Source: the human T2T-CHM13v2.0 reference genome, Homo sapiens. From it: a stretch of DNA of 64,000 bases. The DNA lies in assembly GCF_009914755.1 (NCBI RefSeq), contig NC_060936.1. The stretch is one strand, 5' to 3'. The translations under genes and the position numbers were made by a program. Below are positions 1 to 17,303 of the stretch, in pieces. Numbering within the stretch: position 1 is the first letter of the stretch; each line of letters opens with the position of its first letter. The notes beneath the pieces are model-generated. The model was not told the origin of the DNA and made no database searches. It saw nothing but the letters and a program-made list of their open reading frames with translations.

Positions 1-235
1 GAGAACATGTGGTATTTGGTTTTATGTTCCTGTGTTAGTTTGCTTAGGATAATGGCCGCCAGCTGCATCCATGTTGCCACAAGGGACATAATTTTGTTCT
101 TTTTATGGCTGTATAGTATTCCATGGCATATATGTACCACATTTTCTTTATCCGATCCACCATGGATGGGGACCTAGATTGATTTCATGTCTTTGGTATT
201 GTGAACAGTGCTGCAATGAACATAAGAGTACATGT
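1..235 (-). mobile_element. L1 (L1PA/L1PB) 3' region fragment
   Basis: gagaacatgtggtatttgg...ttttatggctgtatagtattccatgg is the antisense L1 3' end. Confidence 0.85.
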
Positions 236-244
236 GAAGCTGTG

Positions 245-618
245 TGATACAGTTTGGCAGTGTCCCCACTCAAATCTCATCTTGAATTATAGTTCTCATA
301 ATACTCACATGTCGTGGGATGGACCAGGTGCAGATAAATGAATCATGGGGGTGGTCTCCCCCATCCTGTTTTCATGATAGTGAGTGAGTTCTCTTGAGAG
401 CAGATGGTTTTATAAAGGGCTTTTCCCCACCTTTGCTCTGCACTTCTCCTTGCTGCCGCCATGTGAAGAAGGATGTTTGCTTCCCCCTCTGCCATGATTG
501 TAAGTTTCCTGAGGCTTCCCCAGCCATGCTAAACTGTGAGTCCATTAAACCTCTTTCCTTTATAAATTACCCAGTCTCGGGTATGTCTTCATTAGCAGCG
601 TGAGAACGGACTAATACA
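245..618 (+). mobile_element. THE1 (THE1D-like) MaLR solo LTR
   Basis: tgatacagtttggc...gactaataca termini; 5-bp TSD ctgtg/ctgta. Confidence 0.88.
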
Positions 619-2699
619 CTGTATATCAAGGATTAACACAATCTTTTCCTCTTCTGCATGAGAATTTAACCCTGGGTTAACTTTCTAGCTCTGATCTGCT
701 GAACACCTGATAAAGAGGAAACATCACTGTGCTAGTGGGCCACAGTGCTCATCAAATTGCCCCTTGTTGGTAGACTGCATCTGGACTGGGAGCTCACGGA
801 ATGGATCTGAAATATCTAATGAGGAATCTACAGCTTTGGGAGTCCTTAAGTAGCATGACTGTTGTAACAGGGCATGTCCCCTGCAGACACCCTGGCAGCC
901 ATGAAGATAGAGTTTTTACAACAGCTATTGTCCCATAAGACAGGATAGTTGCCACACCTGCTTAATGTGGGTCTCATCACTTTGTACCAAACTGCCACTT
1001 GGAGGTAGGGGGCAAAAAAGAATGGCCCCTGAGGATCCACAGAAGAGATGCCCAATGCTGCCTGCATCCTCTTAAGTCAGTATGGTGCTGAGCGTGTCTG
1101 AATGCTTAGTTAGCCTAAAAGGAATTACCAAATGAGTATGGCAGAAGTCTTCCTATTTTAATGAATATACTATTACCCACAGACTAGTCATTCCTCTCTT
1201 GCCCTTATAAATATATTAGAGATCCTTGTAATAATTAGCACAATGATTTGTAGGTGTGTGCTAGTGAGTTTAAGTGCTTATACCTAGTTTTCTAAAACAG
1301 ACAAAAATATACCTCCTGAAATCTTATTTACATAATGAATCTGTTAGGCAAAGCCTGTTTCCATGCAAACAACAAATGATATAGCCTAGGCCAAGCACGA
1401 AATATGAATTAGTTGGAACAGAGAGAATGGGGTTTGAGTGAAGGTATAATAAACATGGCTCTTATCCAGCCTGGTTCTCTCTGCTCACAGGCCAGCTGAA
1501 GTTTTTGACATACTGTTCCATAAGGGTGGAGGTGAAATGTGTTCACTCACAAACTACACACGTCTGAACACAGCGACATGTACCAAGGAATGTTCTAGAT
1601 GTGCTTTGGGGAAAACAGAAGAATTTCCAAAGAAGTAAATTGTGAAAAGGTCATAAATGGAATATTTGTATTTGTGCAGGACTAATAAAGGCAAGTCACA
1701 TTAATAAAAGCATATAGTGTGGTTCCAATAATGAAGAAAGGGAACTAGATATATTTCATATATGCCTACAAACATGAATAAATGCACACAAGGATTTATA
1801 TCAAAGTATTAATAGCAGTTATAGTAGTTCTCTGTGACAAGGGAAATGGAGATTTTTATCATCTATTGCTTACATTTTATTTTGCTTGTATTTTCAAAAT
1901 AAAGATATATCTGCAAATTACTTCTGTAATTGCAATTATAATTGAAAAATCACCTTTAACAAGGATTTGAAAAAATATATATGTGATAGGATTCCTTTTT
2001 AATACTGAGCTTCTCCTGCACATTTAAAATATAATTCAGTTTACAGAAATGCAGTTTACCCTTTCAGATCTTCTGAAAAGAAGGAACAAGCCATTTGTAT
2101 TGTGGGCAGACCTAAATGAGAAAATCTGAAGACATACAAATCATTGCACACATAGAGTTGTTAGGATCTTTCTTCCCCCAACAACGTGGCTGTGGGTGTG
2201 GGATCCTTGGGATGAAGATCAAGATAACCAGAATCCCTGAGATCATTCCCTCTTAATTTTCTGAACAGCTCACTATAAGGAATCAGTGCCTGTTTACCTT
2301 TCTAAGTATGGCCACAAAGCCAGAGGGAAAACAAAGGCTGATAAGAATGTCAGAGGGATTCTTGATAACTCTCCATGCCTATGGCTAACTGCATTTATAG
2401 GATTAAATCCATAATCTATGTCAGTGTTTCTCAACCCGTTTTCTATTATGGCTCCTTTGGGAACGTTTTTAGATTTTGTGGTTCCTAATCTCCATCCCTA
2501 ACCTCCAGTGAAATTTTCATAAGCGCAGATATGGTGTATCTCTGTTTACATACGGTGGCTCCTTGTGAAGGAGAGGCATAAACTATTGTAAAAATCCAAG
2601 ATTTTTCCTGTCTTTCCCCAATAACCAATCTTTGTCCCCTCAGAGGTGATTTCAGCCCCATTGAGAATTCATGCTCTATGTATATCTATGTATATAAGT

Positions 2700-3090
2700 A
2701 TATGTGGTATATATACACTATGGAATACTACACAGCCATAAAATAGAACAAGATCATGTCCTTTGCAGGAACAGGGATGGAGCTGGAAGCCATTATCCTT
2801 GGCAAACTAACACAGGAACAGAAAACCAAATACCGCATGTTCTCACTTTTAAGTGGGACCTAAATGATGAGAACACATGGACACATAGAGGGGAACAACA
2901 CACACTGGGGCCTTCCGGAGGGTAGACGGTGGGAGGAGGGAGAGGATCAGGAAAAATAACTTATGGCTACTAGGCACCTGGGTGATGAAATAATCTGTAC
3001 AACAAACTCCCATGACACAAGTTTACCTATGTAACAAACCTGCACTTGTACCCGTGACCTTAAAATGAAAGTTAAAAAAAAAAAAAAAGA
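2700..3090 (+). mobile_element. 5'-truncated L1PA/L1PB 3' end with poly(A)
   Basis: atggaatactacacagccataaa...aacctgcacttgtaccc...A-tail. Confidence 0.88.
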
Positions 3091-3200
3091 AGAAGGAAAA
3101 CAAGAACATCAGCACATACTTCCCACTGTCTTCATCACATTTCCAAAGTTGTTTCAACTTCCACAATAATCAATCATTACTTTTACTGGGGAAAGTATAG

Positions 3201-3203
<3 letters not shown>

Positions 3204-3259
<56 letters not shown>
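3204..3259. repeat. (GT)n microsatellite, ~28 units
   Basis: Uninterrupted GT run. Confidence 0.97.
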
Positions 3260-3262
<3 letters not shown>

Positions 3263-3613
3263 AGGAATGCCAGAGGAATAAAACCATATACTTAAATGCA
3301 AAAATAAAAAGAAAGGAAAAGAAGAAAATAAACAGTTCTTTGAGAATGAACACAAAACAGGGGAAACAGCTTTGATTAGACTAATCACAGCAGTTCTAAC
3401 ATATTCCAACACACCTAGACAGCAAATCTCCCAGTGGAGATGACAGACATGCTATGGCCAGTATATTCTTGTTTTCTTGTCATGCTCATTCTGAAAAGGC
3501 ACGTGAGATACTACTGGGGACAGAAGGAAAACCCAAACAGATCATCTGATAAAAACCACCACGGGTGTGCCTGAGAGCACCAAGGATAAGGGGCCTAAAA
3601 AATAGCCTTCCTC

Positions 3614-4084
<471 letters not shown>

Positions 4085-4489
4085 CTAGCCTTCCTCCAAC
4101 CCAAGACCTCCTTTGGTATTGTGTGCTTGAAAAATCACAGCAACCAACAGTTTTGAAAGCTTTGGAACCTGTTCACAAAGATCTGTGACTGTTGAAACTC
4201 AGATTCATTCCATTCAGAGGAAATAAAAGCAGACTGAACACTAGTTAGCCACAGAGATGGTTCCCAGCAGGACTACAGGGGTGAAGGAGAGAAGAAACCA
4301 GACATGAAAGAGAGATAACTGGAACCAGAATGCACCAAATAGCTCTGGAACTATCTCTGGCTACATTTCACAGAAGAGAGGGCAAAGGCTTCTCAAACCT
4401 TCTCACCTACTCCCTGATGGGGTTTATTCTAGAATCAAAGCTGTTCAGAGTAGGAAGAGCCTCCAGCGGGGTAAAAAGAAAAGGACACA

Positions 4490-7186
<2,697 letters not shown>

Positions 7187-8480
7187 TACTTACTGAAAAC
7201 AAGTTTTACAAAACAACACTAAAACGCTTACCAGATGCAATGTGTTCCAATATACTCTAGTCTAGGCTAGTCTATTTCATTTTTTTAATGCTGGTCACAA
7301 GCCATTAAAATAATGCTATCAACCACAAATGGGTCATGACCACAAATTTAAAAACACAAATGTATTCTAACCTCTTGGGTCCACAGCTGAGAAAGCTAAG
7401 ATTCAGAGAGGTTAAATCCAAGGTCAAAAGGCTACTTCCTGGCAGGATCAGGACTAGTTTAGACCCAGGTAAATGATGACTGTTGTTATCAGTCTAATAA
7501 TTGGGACTCACCTCAACTAACGCCTCCTTTATAAATCCTGATCAGAATTCACCTCTACCCATGACCCCCGCTGCCAACATTATTCAGGTTGCTGTTATTT
7601 ATGTTTTAGTTTTTTTAACACCCCCAGGCCTGCTGCCCTGATATCCCTGTGAACCTGGAGGCATGGTCCCAGGCTAAGTGGTCCCACGGCATTTTCCACA
7701 TCACCAAACTGACCACTCTGTTCCTCTCCTCTACTGCTTCCTTGCCATGAACCACAGCATCCCCCAAGGTGGGCCAGGGAACTACCAGCCTTGAGGAAGT
7801 GATGAGCTTGCTAACTCAGCCAGAAGAAACCTGAAAGGCAAAGCTTAACGCCACCTGAGTCCTGATACACAAATTCCAAAAAACACTAAAGGTGGCCAAG
7901 TCAATTTGGAAGGCCTTGAAGAAGTGGGCCATTCAACCCTATCCAGGCAGAATAAATCCTTCAGGGGTCTAGGGAAAGGACAGCATTTAAAAACCAAAGG
8001 GCAGCCTCTCTCACTTGGCCTCCATCTTGCAGATTAGAAGATGATGTGTCTGGAGAGTCGGCTTTCTGATCAAGTTTCGCCTTACTAAGTGGTGCACCCT
8101 GGGAAAGGGACAGGGAGAAGCACAAAGTGTGGGGCCACCGTAGCAACCAAACCCCAAATGCCTCTTCCACCCTCCACCTTAGCAACCTGCACTCCCAGCC
8201 TTCCTGGAACTTTACCCCACATCTTCACCTTGAGGTTTCAGCAGGCCCCAATCTCTGTGGCTCTCACAAAACCATGCAAATCAAACACAACTCCAATCAG
8301 AAAAGCATCTATCCTCTGCTTCACCCTCAGAGGTCTCAAACATGCATTCTACGTCTTCAAGCTAGGTTTCACATAGCAGCTTAAATATGACTGTTGTAAA
8401 ATCACATGTTCCACGTCAATCACTGTAGGGCATTCCCAATGCTTCAGAAAAGAGATCACTCTCTACACTACGGCTTCAGA

Positions 8481-8700
8481 CAGGGCTTGGTAAATCACAG
8501 TTCATGGGCCAAATTGGGCCAGGTACCTGTTTTTATAAATAAAGTTTTATTGGAACACTGCCATGCCCATTTGTTTACCTATTGTCTGTGCTGGTTTTGT
8601 GCTACATGATAGAGTTGAGTAACTGCAACAGAGACTGAATGGTCTGCAAAGCCTAAAGTATTTACTATCTGCCCCTGTACAGAAAAAGTGTGCCAACCCT
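8481..8700. mobile_element. MER58A (hAT-Charlie MITE)
   Basis: aaataaagttttattggaacac...gcaaagcctaaagtatttactatctg...gccaaccc. Confidence 0.8.
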
Positions 8701-8714
8701 TCACTTACAGAATC

Positions 8715-9495
<781 letters not shown>

Positions 9496-9599
9496 CAGCA
9501 ACCTGCCTAATCCTCGAGTCTCACCCTACATCACACACCTGCTCTCTCCCCCAAAGGGGTCCTCTGTCAATTTCCCCAACGTGTCCTGCTTCCTACCAC

Positions 9600-10050
9600 C
9601 TTCAACTGAGATGAGCCGTGGATATAAAATACACATTCAATTTCAAAGACTTTGTATTTTAAAAAATGCAAAATATCTCTGTAATGATATTTTACATTGA
9701 TTCTTTGTTAAGATATTATAATTTCGATATATTGGGTTGAATGATGTATTATGATCATTAATATCACTTGTTCCTTTTCATTCTTTTTAATGTGACTACT
9801 AGAAAGTTGAAGGTTAATATATGCCTCATATCCTATTTCTAGGAGCGGCACTAGGCTAGACTCTGCAGGGGTTGGCAAACGTTTTCAGTAAAAAGCCAGA
9901 TGGTAAATACTTTCAGCTTTGTGGGCTATTCTCACTCTGCCATTGTCACACAAAAGCAGCCATAGGCAACACATAAAGGAATGATCATGGGCGTGTTCCA
10001 ATACCTTTTATTTACAAAATCAGGCCGGGTATCAGATTTAGCCCCTAGGC
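9600..10050. mobile_element. MER33/MER3-like fragment followed by a MER58 fragment
   Basis: ataaaatacac...tttcaaagact; caggggttggcaaac...gcgtgttccaata. Confidence 0.65.
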
Positions 10051-10179
10051 CATAGGATATTAATCGTATTTTTTAAACGGCCAATTCTGGGAAATTCTGT
10101 TCTATTCATTTGCTCAGAACCCTCTGTGAAAAGCCATTTTTCATTCAACCAGAGTCTGGAACGCAAGTCTGTTCCCGGT

Positions 10180-10740
10180 TTCCTTGACCTGGGCAGTTCC
10201 TGGGACCAAGGGGCAGCCCCTCGCAGGCCGGGTTTCGACCGCCCCAGGGCACCCACCGATCGCACTCACTTGGGCGTGTGGGCCTCGTCCACGCGGTGCC
10301 CCAGCTGGAACTCGTGGGATTTGCTCCGATGCAGCGCGGTGAATCCCGGGATCAAGTGTATCAGTTTTCGGGAGGAGGGCGGTGGGGTCCCCGGGGGCTT
10401 CAGCTTGTTCTTCTTCCTCATGGGCGGCGTGCCCGGCGGGGTCACGGTGGTGACGATGTTGGGGGTGCGCGGCGGGGTGCGGACCGCGTGCCGCTGCCGG
10501 GGCGATGGGGGCAGGGAACGGTGGCCCGACTCCAGTGGCGGGGGCGGGCACAAGCCCGGGTAGGCGTCCACGGTAAGCCTGTCCACGTGGGTGTACACAG
10601 GGGCCCCGGGAGTGGGGCTGGTGTGACAATAGTGCTGGACGCACTTGGACGGGACCCTGGGGCTCTGGGAGAGATGGGTGCGGATCCACGGGGTGGGCTC
10701 CGGGGGGCACACGGGATTGTTCTCCTTCCCCGTCTCTGTG
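10180..10740. promoter_or_regulatory. Intragenic CpG island overlapping the KSR2 exon
   Basis: Abruptly GC-rich and CpG-dense compared with CpG-depleted flanks; extends ~90 bp beyond the donor into the intron. Confidence 0.8.
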
Positions 10741-10783
10741 GTGGGCCACTGGATGGTCCAGTCTTGTTTGGAAAGGTTGCCTC
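10270..10783 (-). CDS. KSR2: KSR2 internal coding exon (514 bp, probably exon 4): proline-rich CA2 region
   Basis: Translation [30 protein letters not shown]...[71 protein letters not shown] matches human KSR2 as I recall it. Minus-strand acceptor cttctgttccaactcag|GAGGC (AG at 10785-10784, phase 1) and donor CCCAA|gtgagt (GT at 10269-10268, phase 2). Contains TP motifs and the RSKSHE 14-3-3-type motif conserved in KSR proteins. Exon number is from recall. Confidence 0.97.
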
Positions 10784-10839
10784 CTGAGTTGGAACAGAAG
10801 AGCAGAGACAATGGGTAAGCCATGAGAAAGCCAGGTGAG

Positions 10840-11255
10840 TTACACCATACACACCATTACATCATACACACATTACACCACGTGCCCATTACATCATGTG
10901 CATGTTACACTATATACCTGTTACATCGTATGCATGTTATCTCATATGCAAATTATATCTTATGCACATTATACCATGTGCCCATTACATCATATGCATG
11001 TTACACTATATACCTGTTACATCGTATGCATGTTATATCATATGCACATCATATCATATGCATGTTACACTATATATCTGTTATGTTGTATGCATGTTAT
11101 ATGCACATATCATATGCACATTACACCATATGCATGTCACATTATATGTGCATTACATCATATGCATGCTATTTCATATGCCCATTACCTCTTACAGACA
11201 TTCTATCAAATGCATGTTACATCATACCCACATTACATCATAAGTACATTTACAT
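10840..11255. repeat. Degenerate purine/pyrimidine-alternating tandem array (TATGCATGTTAC-type) with ~96-bp higher-order duplication
   Basis: Block cccattacatcatatgcatgttacactatatacctgttacatcgtatgcatgttat recurs at 96-bp spacing. Confidence 0.9.
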
Positions 11256-11842
11256 AAAGCCAACCATCTCTACTTGGCTCCTCCAAAAAGACAATAAAAT
11301 CCCCTTGTTGACCCTGTTACCCTATTCTCCATTCAACAGCCTTGCCTTCCACTGCCCCATAGCTGGGAAGACCCCACAGCCCAAATGCTCAGAAAAGCAA
11401 AGAAGTTAATTCTCACTTTTTGAACTTCCCAAGGTCCCAGTTCTGGTAGTTTCAAAGTGATTTAAAGGACTTTAAAGGATAACTTTTCCCTTACATGGAA
11501 ATTTTAATACCTAACCCTCATGTGAGATACACAAATTCCAAGGAAGTCAAGTTCATCCTTAGTCCTTCCCTGACCACTTCCTCAGCCACCGCATACTTCC
11601 TCCAGATCTGTGTCGCCATGTTCTTATTCATGCATTTGTCCAGTAAACATCCTGTGAGTGCCAACTATGCCCTTTGCTTGGAAAAGACACAAAAGCAACA
11701 CAGATGAGACCCTGGTCCCCTGGACTTACATTCTGCCAAAGCAGCCATGATAGACAAGAAAACATGCTCACAGAAGGATTTCACATGGTTATTGGTGCTG
11801 GGAGGGAAATAAACAGAATGACGTGATAAAAAGAATATGGGC

Positions 11843-12140
<298 letters not shown>

Positions 12141-12142
12141 CC

Positions 12143-12586
12143 TTTTTTTTATTTTATTATTATTATACTTTAAGTTTTAGGGTACATGTGCACAATGTGC
12201 AGGTTAGTTACATATGCATACATGTGCCATGTTGGTGTGCTGCACTCATTAACTCGTCATTTAACATTAGGTATATCTCCTAATGCTATCCCTCCCCTCT
12301 CCCCCGACCCCACAACAGTCCCCAGAGTGTGATGTTCCCCTTCCTGTGTCCATGTGTTCTCATTGTTCAATTCCCACCTATGAGTGAGAACATGCAGTGT
12401 TTGGTTTTTTGTCCTTGCGATAGTTTACTGAGAATGATGATTTCCAATTTCATCCATGTCCCTACAAAGGACATGAACTCATCATTTTTTATGGCTGCAT
12501 AGTATTCCATGGTGTATATGTGCCACATTTTCTTAATCCAGTCTATCATTGTTGGACATTTGGGTTGGTTCCAAGTCTTTGCTATT
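12143..12586 (-). mobile_element. Young L1PA (L1PA2-4-like) 5'-truncated 3' end, tail-to-tail with the Alu
   Basis: ttatactttaagttttagggtacatgtgcacaatgtgcaggttagttac, very close to the young L1PA 3' UTR. Confidence 0.9.
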
Positions 12587-15289
12587 AAAAAAAAAAAATC
12601 TAAAAATCTAATGGTGTATTAACATTTTTCATTCATTTGCCATATTGACAGTGCAAATACAAATTTGGTCTAAAGACACAGATTCTCATGCAACCACGTA
12701 AAGCCTTTCTGCATCCTCCATGCTAAGAGCTCTAAATGCATAAAGATCCAACAACACCAAATGTGCAGGCTTCAAAACCATCTAAGTTAGGGCAGTCACT
12801 TTCCTAGGTCTCTTTCCCGGGTGCCTGCATGAAGGTGGTGTTCACAACTGTGTGATGACAATGGGGTGACACTCAAGGAGAGGCTGAAGGGACAGGTGAA
12901 AACAGACTGCCAGGTCTGTGGGCTAAGGTGCAGATTGGCTTTTATACCAAGTCCAACAGGAAGCCATTGGGAGTTTTGAGGCAGGGGAGGCATGGATTGA
13001 ATGTTCATTTCTCAAAGATCACTCAGGCTGCTGCGGGGAAAACTAGAGCCCAATTAAGGGGTATCTCAGGGAGTTGCAAGAGATGATGCTGGCTCTGGTT
13101 TGGGTGGTGGCAGCAAAGATGGAGAGAAGTCGGCCAGGTGTCAATGAAGGAAGACCCACCAGAACCCAGAGGAAGGTAACCACGTGGCCACTTCCATGAT
13201 GGGCCAAGGAAGGAGATTTGGGGCGCAAAGAAATTCCTAGCTGACTAGCAATAACAATAATAATTACTATAACGACTGTAACAAGAGCTAATTTATAGCA
13301 CATTTGATGGTTTCCAAAGTGCTTTCATGAACACTGACTCACTGTCCCATTTTTAATTAAAACAACTCATTTTGTTATTATATATTCAGTACAGAAAAAT
13401 TAGAAAATTGAGATAAGAAAAAAAGGCAATGCTGTTCTACAGCCTAGCCATCATCCCTATCAATAGCTGATGGTCGAGCCTTCCAGATGGTTTGGGGCGG
13501 ATTTTTTTTTTTTAAGGAAAAAAAAATTCCATAAGACCATATTTAATGGTTCATTGTCTGTTTTCTTCACTTGTTATATTGGGACTGTTTACATCTAACT
13601 TAATTTTTGTAACTCTGTGTGCAAAGGGTCATTTTGATTTCCATTTTGTAGGTAAGGAAACTGATGCAAAGAGATGAAGATCTGCTTAAGGTCACAAGAG
13701 AGATGGTAACTGGCAGCCAGATTCAAACCCAAAACTTCGGCCACCTCAACAAGCAGGGCATGAGGCTGTCTGTGAAAGAGAACTGGGGCCTCCATTTGCC
13801 ATCATAGATCATTCAAACGGGAAAAGATACTGAAACAAAGGCTCATTTCTCAAAATGAGCCTCCTCCCAGGCTTGCCAGAAGAACACTCTACCAAAGTCA
13901 CCATCATTACAGTATCTACTCTCAAATATTGACACATACACATTAGCCCAGTGAGTAAGAGAGTCAACGCTGGAGTCGGATGACTTGGGCTCCAAATCTG
14001 ACTCCCCACCACTTATGGCTGTGTGACCTTGGGCACTCATCTAACCTCTCTAAGTCTTAGCTTTGTCACCTGTGCAATGGGACAATAAGAAAACCTAATA
14101 AAACTCAGGGACTAATAAACAATAATAAAACCTAATAAAACTCAGGGACTACTATGAGGATCAGATGCACAAATACAAGCAATGTGCTTAGCACAGCTCC
14201 CAGCACACAATAGGTACACCATAAATGCTAGCTACTGGCATTGTAATTCTCAACACTGTGGTAATACATCAATATCTGCTATTTAAAGAGTGTGTAGTGG
14301 TTCTGACAGCTTTACTATTCTCACCCTTTGTACAGTGAGGAAGTGACATTTAGCTGAAGCTAAATAGGTCTAAGAGCCAGAACAGAACAGAGAATCAAGT
14401 TAAGACAAGTTTCTCCATCGCATGGTAAGCTCTGGATTGATGTATTTGCTGAGGGAATACAAGCTCGTTGTCAAGTTAGCCTAAGTAAAGCCTGTTTAAG
14501 AAAGTCAATCTATTTTCTAAGCTGTCTTAATCAAATACTGCACCATGAAGCCACAAAGTAGTGCTTTTGGCATTATCATGACAAGCTGTTGTCCATCCTG
14601 AATGAAATGGAAAGAATATGGGATTGGGAACCAGAAGAACCCAATAGAATTCTGGTTAAACCACTGACCAGCTCTGTGACCTTGGGCAAATTACTTAACC
14701 TCCCTGAGCTTCAGTTTGGGGGCTCATAAAATGGGAATAATTATGGCTTTGTTGGAGGGTGCAGTGAGAATTAAATGTATTTATTTTACAAATATTTGAA
14801 CACCCTTTACGTACCAGGCACTGTTGTGGACACCAGAATAGAACAAGAAATAAAACACACACACTCAAAAAAAACCTATTTTTGCAGAGCTCACATTCTT
14901 AGTAGGGAAACAAATGAAACAAGTAGATGAACAAATTTATCATATATGTAGTGATAGTAAGTCTTCTAGAGGGAAAGAAAGCAGGGCACAGAGACAAAAC
15001 AAGTGTTGGGGGCTATTTTAATCGCAAAAGGATGAGGAGGTGACAGTGGGCATTTGAGCAGATATCAGAGTGAAGTGAGGACTGAATTAATAAGATAAAG
15101 CAATCAAACCATCAGACAGAGCCTGAGCCATTATGTCAATGCCAACAAATGGCAGATGATTGAAGATGGGTGAAAACATCTATTCTGGGTGCCTTGTGAC
15201 TCATCCCCTTTGTGCCCAGGCATTCACTATGCCAGCCCCTGCCCTCAAGATGATCCCAGTCTAGTGAAAATGATCAATAATCAAAAAAC

Positions 15290-15825
15290 TCTCACTGCAG
15301 TTCCATCCTAGGTACAGACCCCAAATAATTGAAAGCAAGGACTGAAATACTTGTAGACAAATACTCATAGCAGCACTATTCACAATTGCCAAAAGGTGGA
15401 AACAACCCAAGTGTCCATCAACTAAGGAATGGATAAACAAAATGTGGTACGTCCATATAATGGAATATTATTCACCCATAAAAAGGGAAGAAGTACTGAT
15501 TCATGTGGATCCACCTTGAAAAACACTATGCTAAGTAAAAGAAGTCAGACACAAAGGGTCATATATCATATGATTCCATTTATATGAAAAATCCCAAAGA
15601 GGCAAATCTATAGAGAAAGAGAGCAGATTCGTGGTTGCCAGGAGCTGGGGCTGGCAGGGAATGGGGAGTGACTGTTAATAGGAATGGGTTTTTGAGGGGG
15701 TGATGAAATAGGTTTGGAACTAAATAGAGGTGGTGGTTGCACAATCTTGTGAATGAACTAAATGTCACATCCTGGTTTACTTCGAAATGATTAATTTTAT
15801 GTTATGTGAATTTTCCCTACATAAA
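15290..15825 (+). mobile_element. L1MB 3' fragment
   Basis: cagcactattcacaattgccaaaaggtggaaacaacccaagtgtccatc...ttttatgttatgtgaatttt. Confidence 0.85.
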
Positions 15826-16159
15826 ATGAATCAGTAAGTACTCACAATACCAAACACAGAATCCTAAGCTAGAAAAAGTGCAGGAGCATACAGGGCACAG
15901 AAGAGTGGAACCCCACTGGCCAGGAGGTGGGGGTGGGTAGGAGAAGGCAGCCTGGAGGAGGTGGCACCTAAGCCCAGAACTTGAAGGTGAACAAGAGTTC
16001 CCAGGAAAGGTGGCAGTGAGGTGGGTGACAGCAGAAGGATGGTAAGAGAGAGAACAGCAGGGTCAAAGGCCAGGAGATGAGGGACGTGGGAGTTTGGAGA
16101 ACTGCCAGTCGTTCAGTATGGCTAGAGCTATTTTTCGGGATGGGGCGGGGGCGGGGTGG

Positions 16160-16357
16160 TGAGACAGAGTCTTGCTCTGTCGCCCAAGTTGGAGTGCAGT
16201 GGCACAATCTCGGCTCACTGCAACCTCCACCTCCTGGAGTTCAAGCGATTCTCCTGCCTCAGCCTCTCGAGTAGTTGGGACTACAGTGGCCTCGTGATCC
16301 ACCAGCCTCAACCTCCCAAAGTGCTGGAATTACAGGCATGAGCCACTGCGCCCAGCC
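16160..16357 (-). mobile_element. Internally deleted Alu with a G/C-rich tail
   Basis: Right arm joined to the 5' part of the left arm (gggactacag|tggcctcgtgatcc); TSD gctagag(c/t)tatttt. Confidence 0.88.
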
Positions 16358-16390
16358 AAGCTAGAGTTATTTTGAGAGAGGAAAAAATTA

Positions 16391-16770
<380 letters not shown>

Positions 16771-16777
16771 TTAAAGA

Positions 16778-17303
<526 letters not shown>

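Noticed and set aside
10038-10852. Multiple overlapping ORFs around the KSR2 exon, and the [14 protein letters not shown]-terminus of the 185-aa ORF
   Set aside because: GC-rich shadow ORFs; the N-terminal residues are intronic polypyrimidine tract upstream of the acceptor.
10822-11409. 195-aa His/Tyr/Cys-rich ORF resembling a metal-binding repeat protein
   Set aside because: Translation of the simple RY array.
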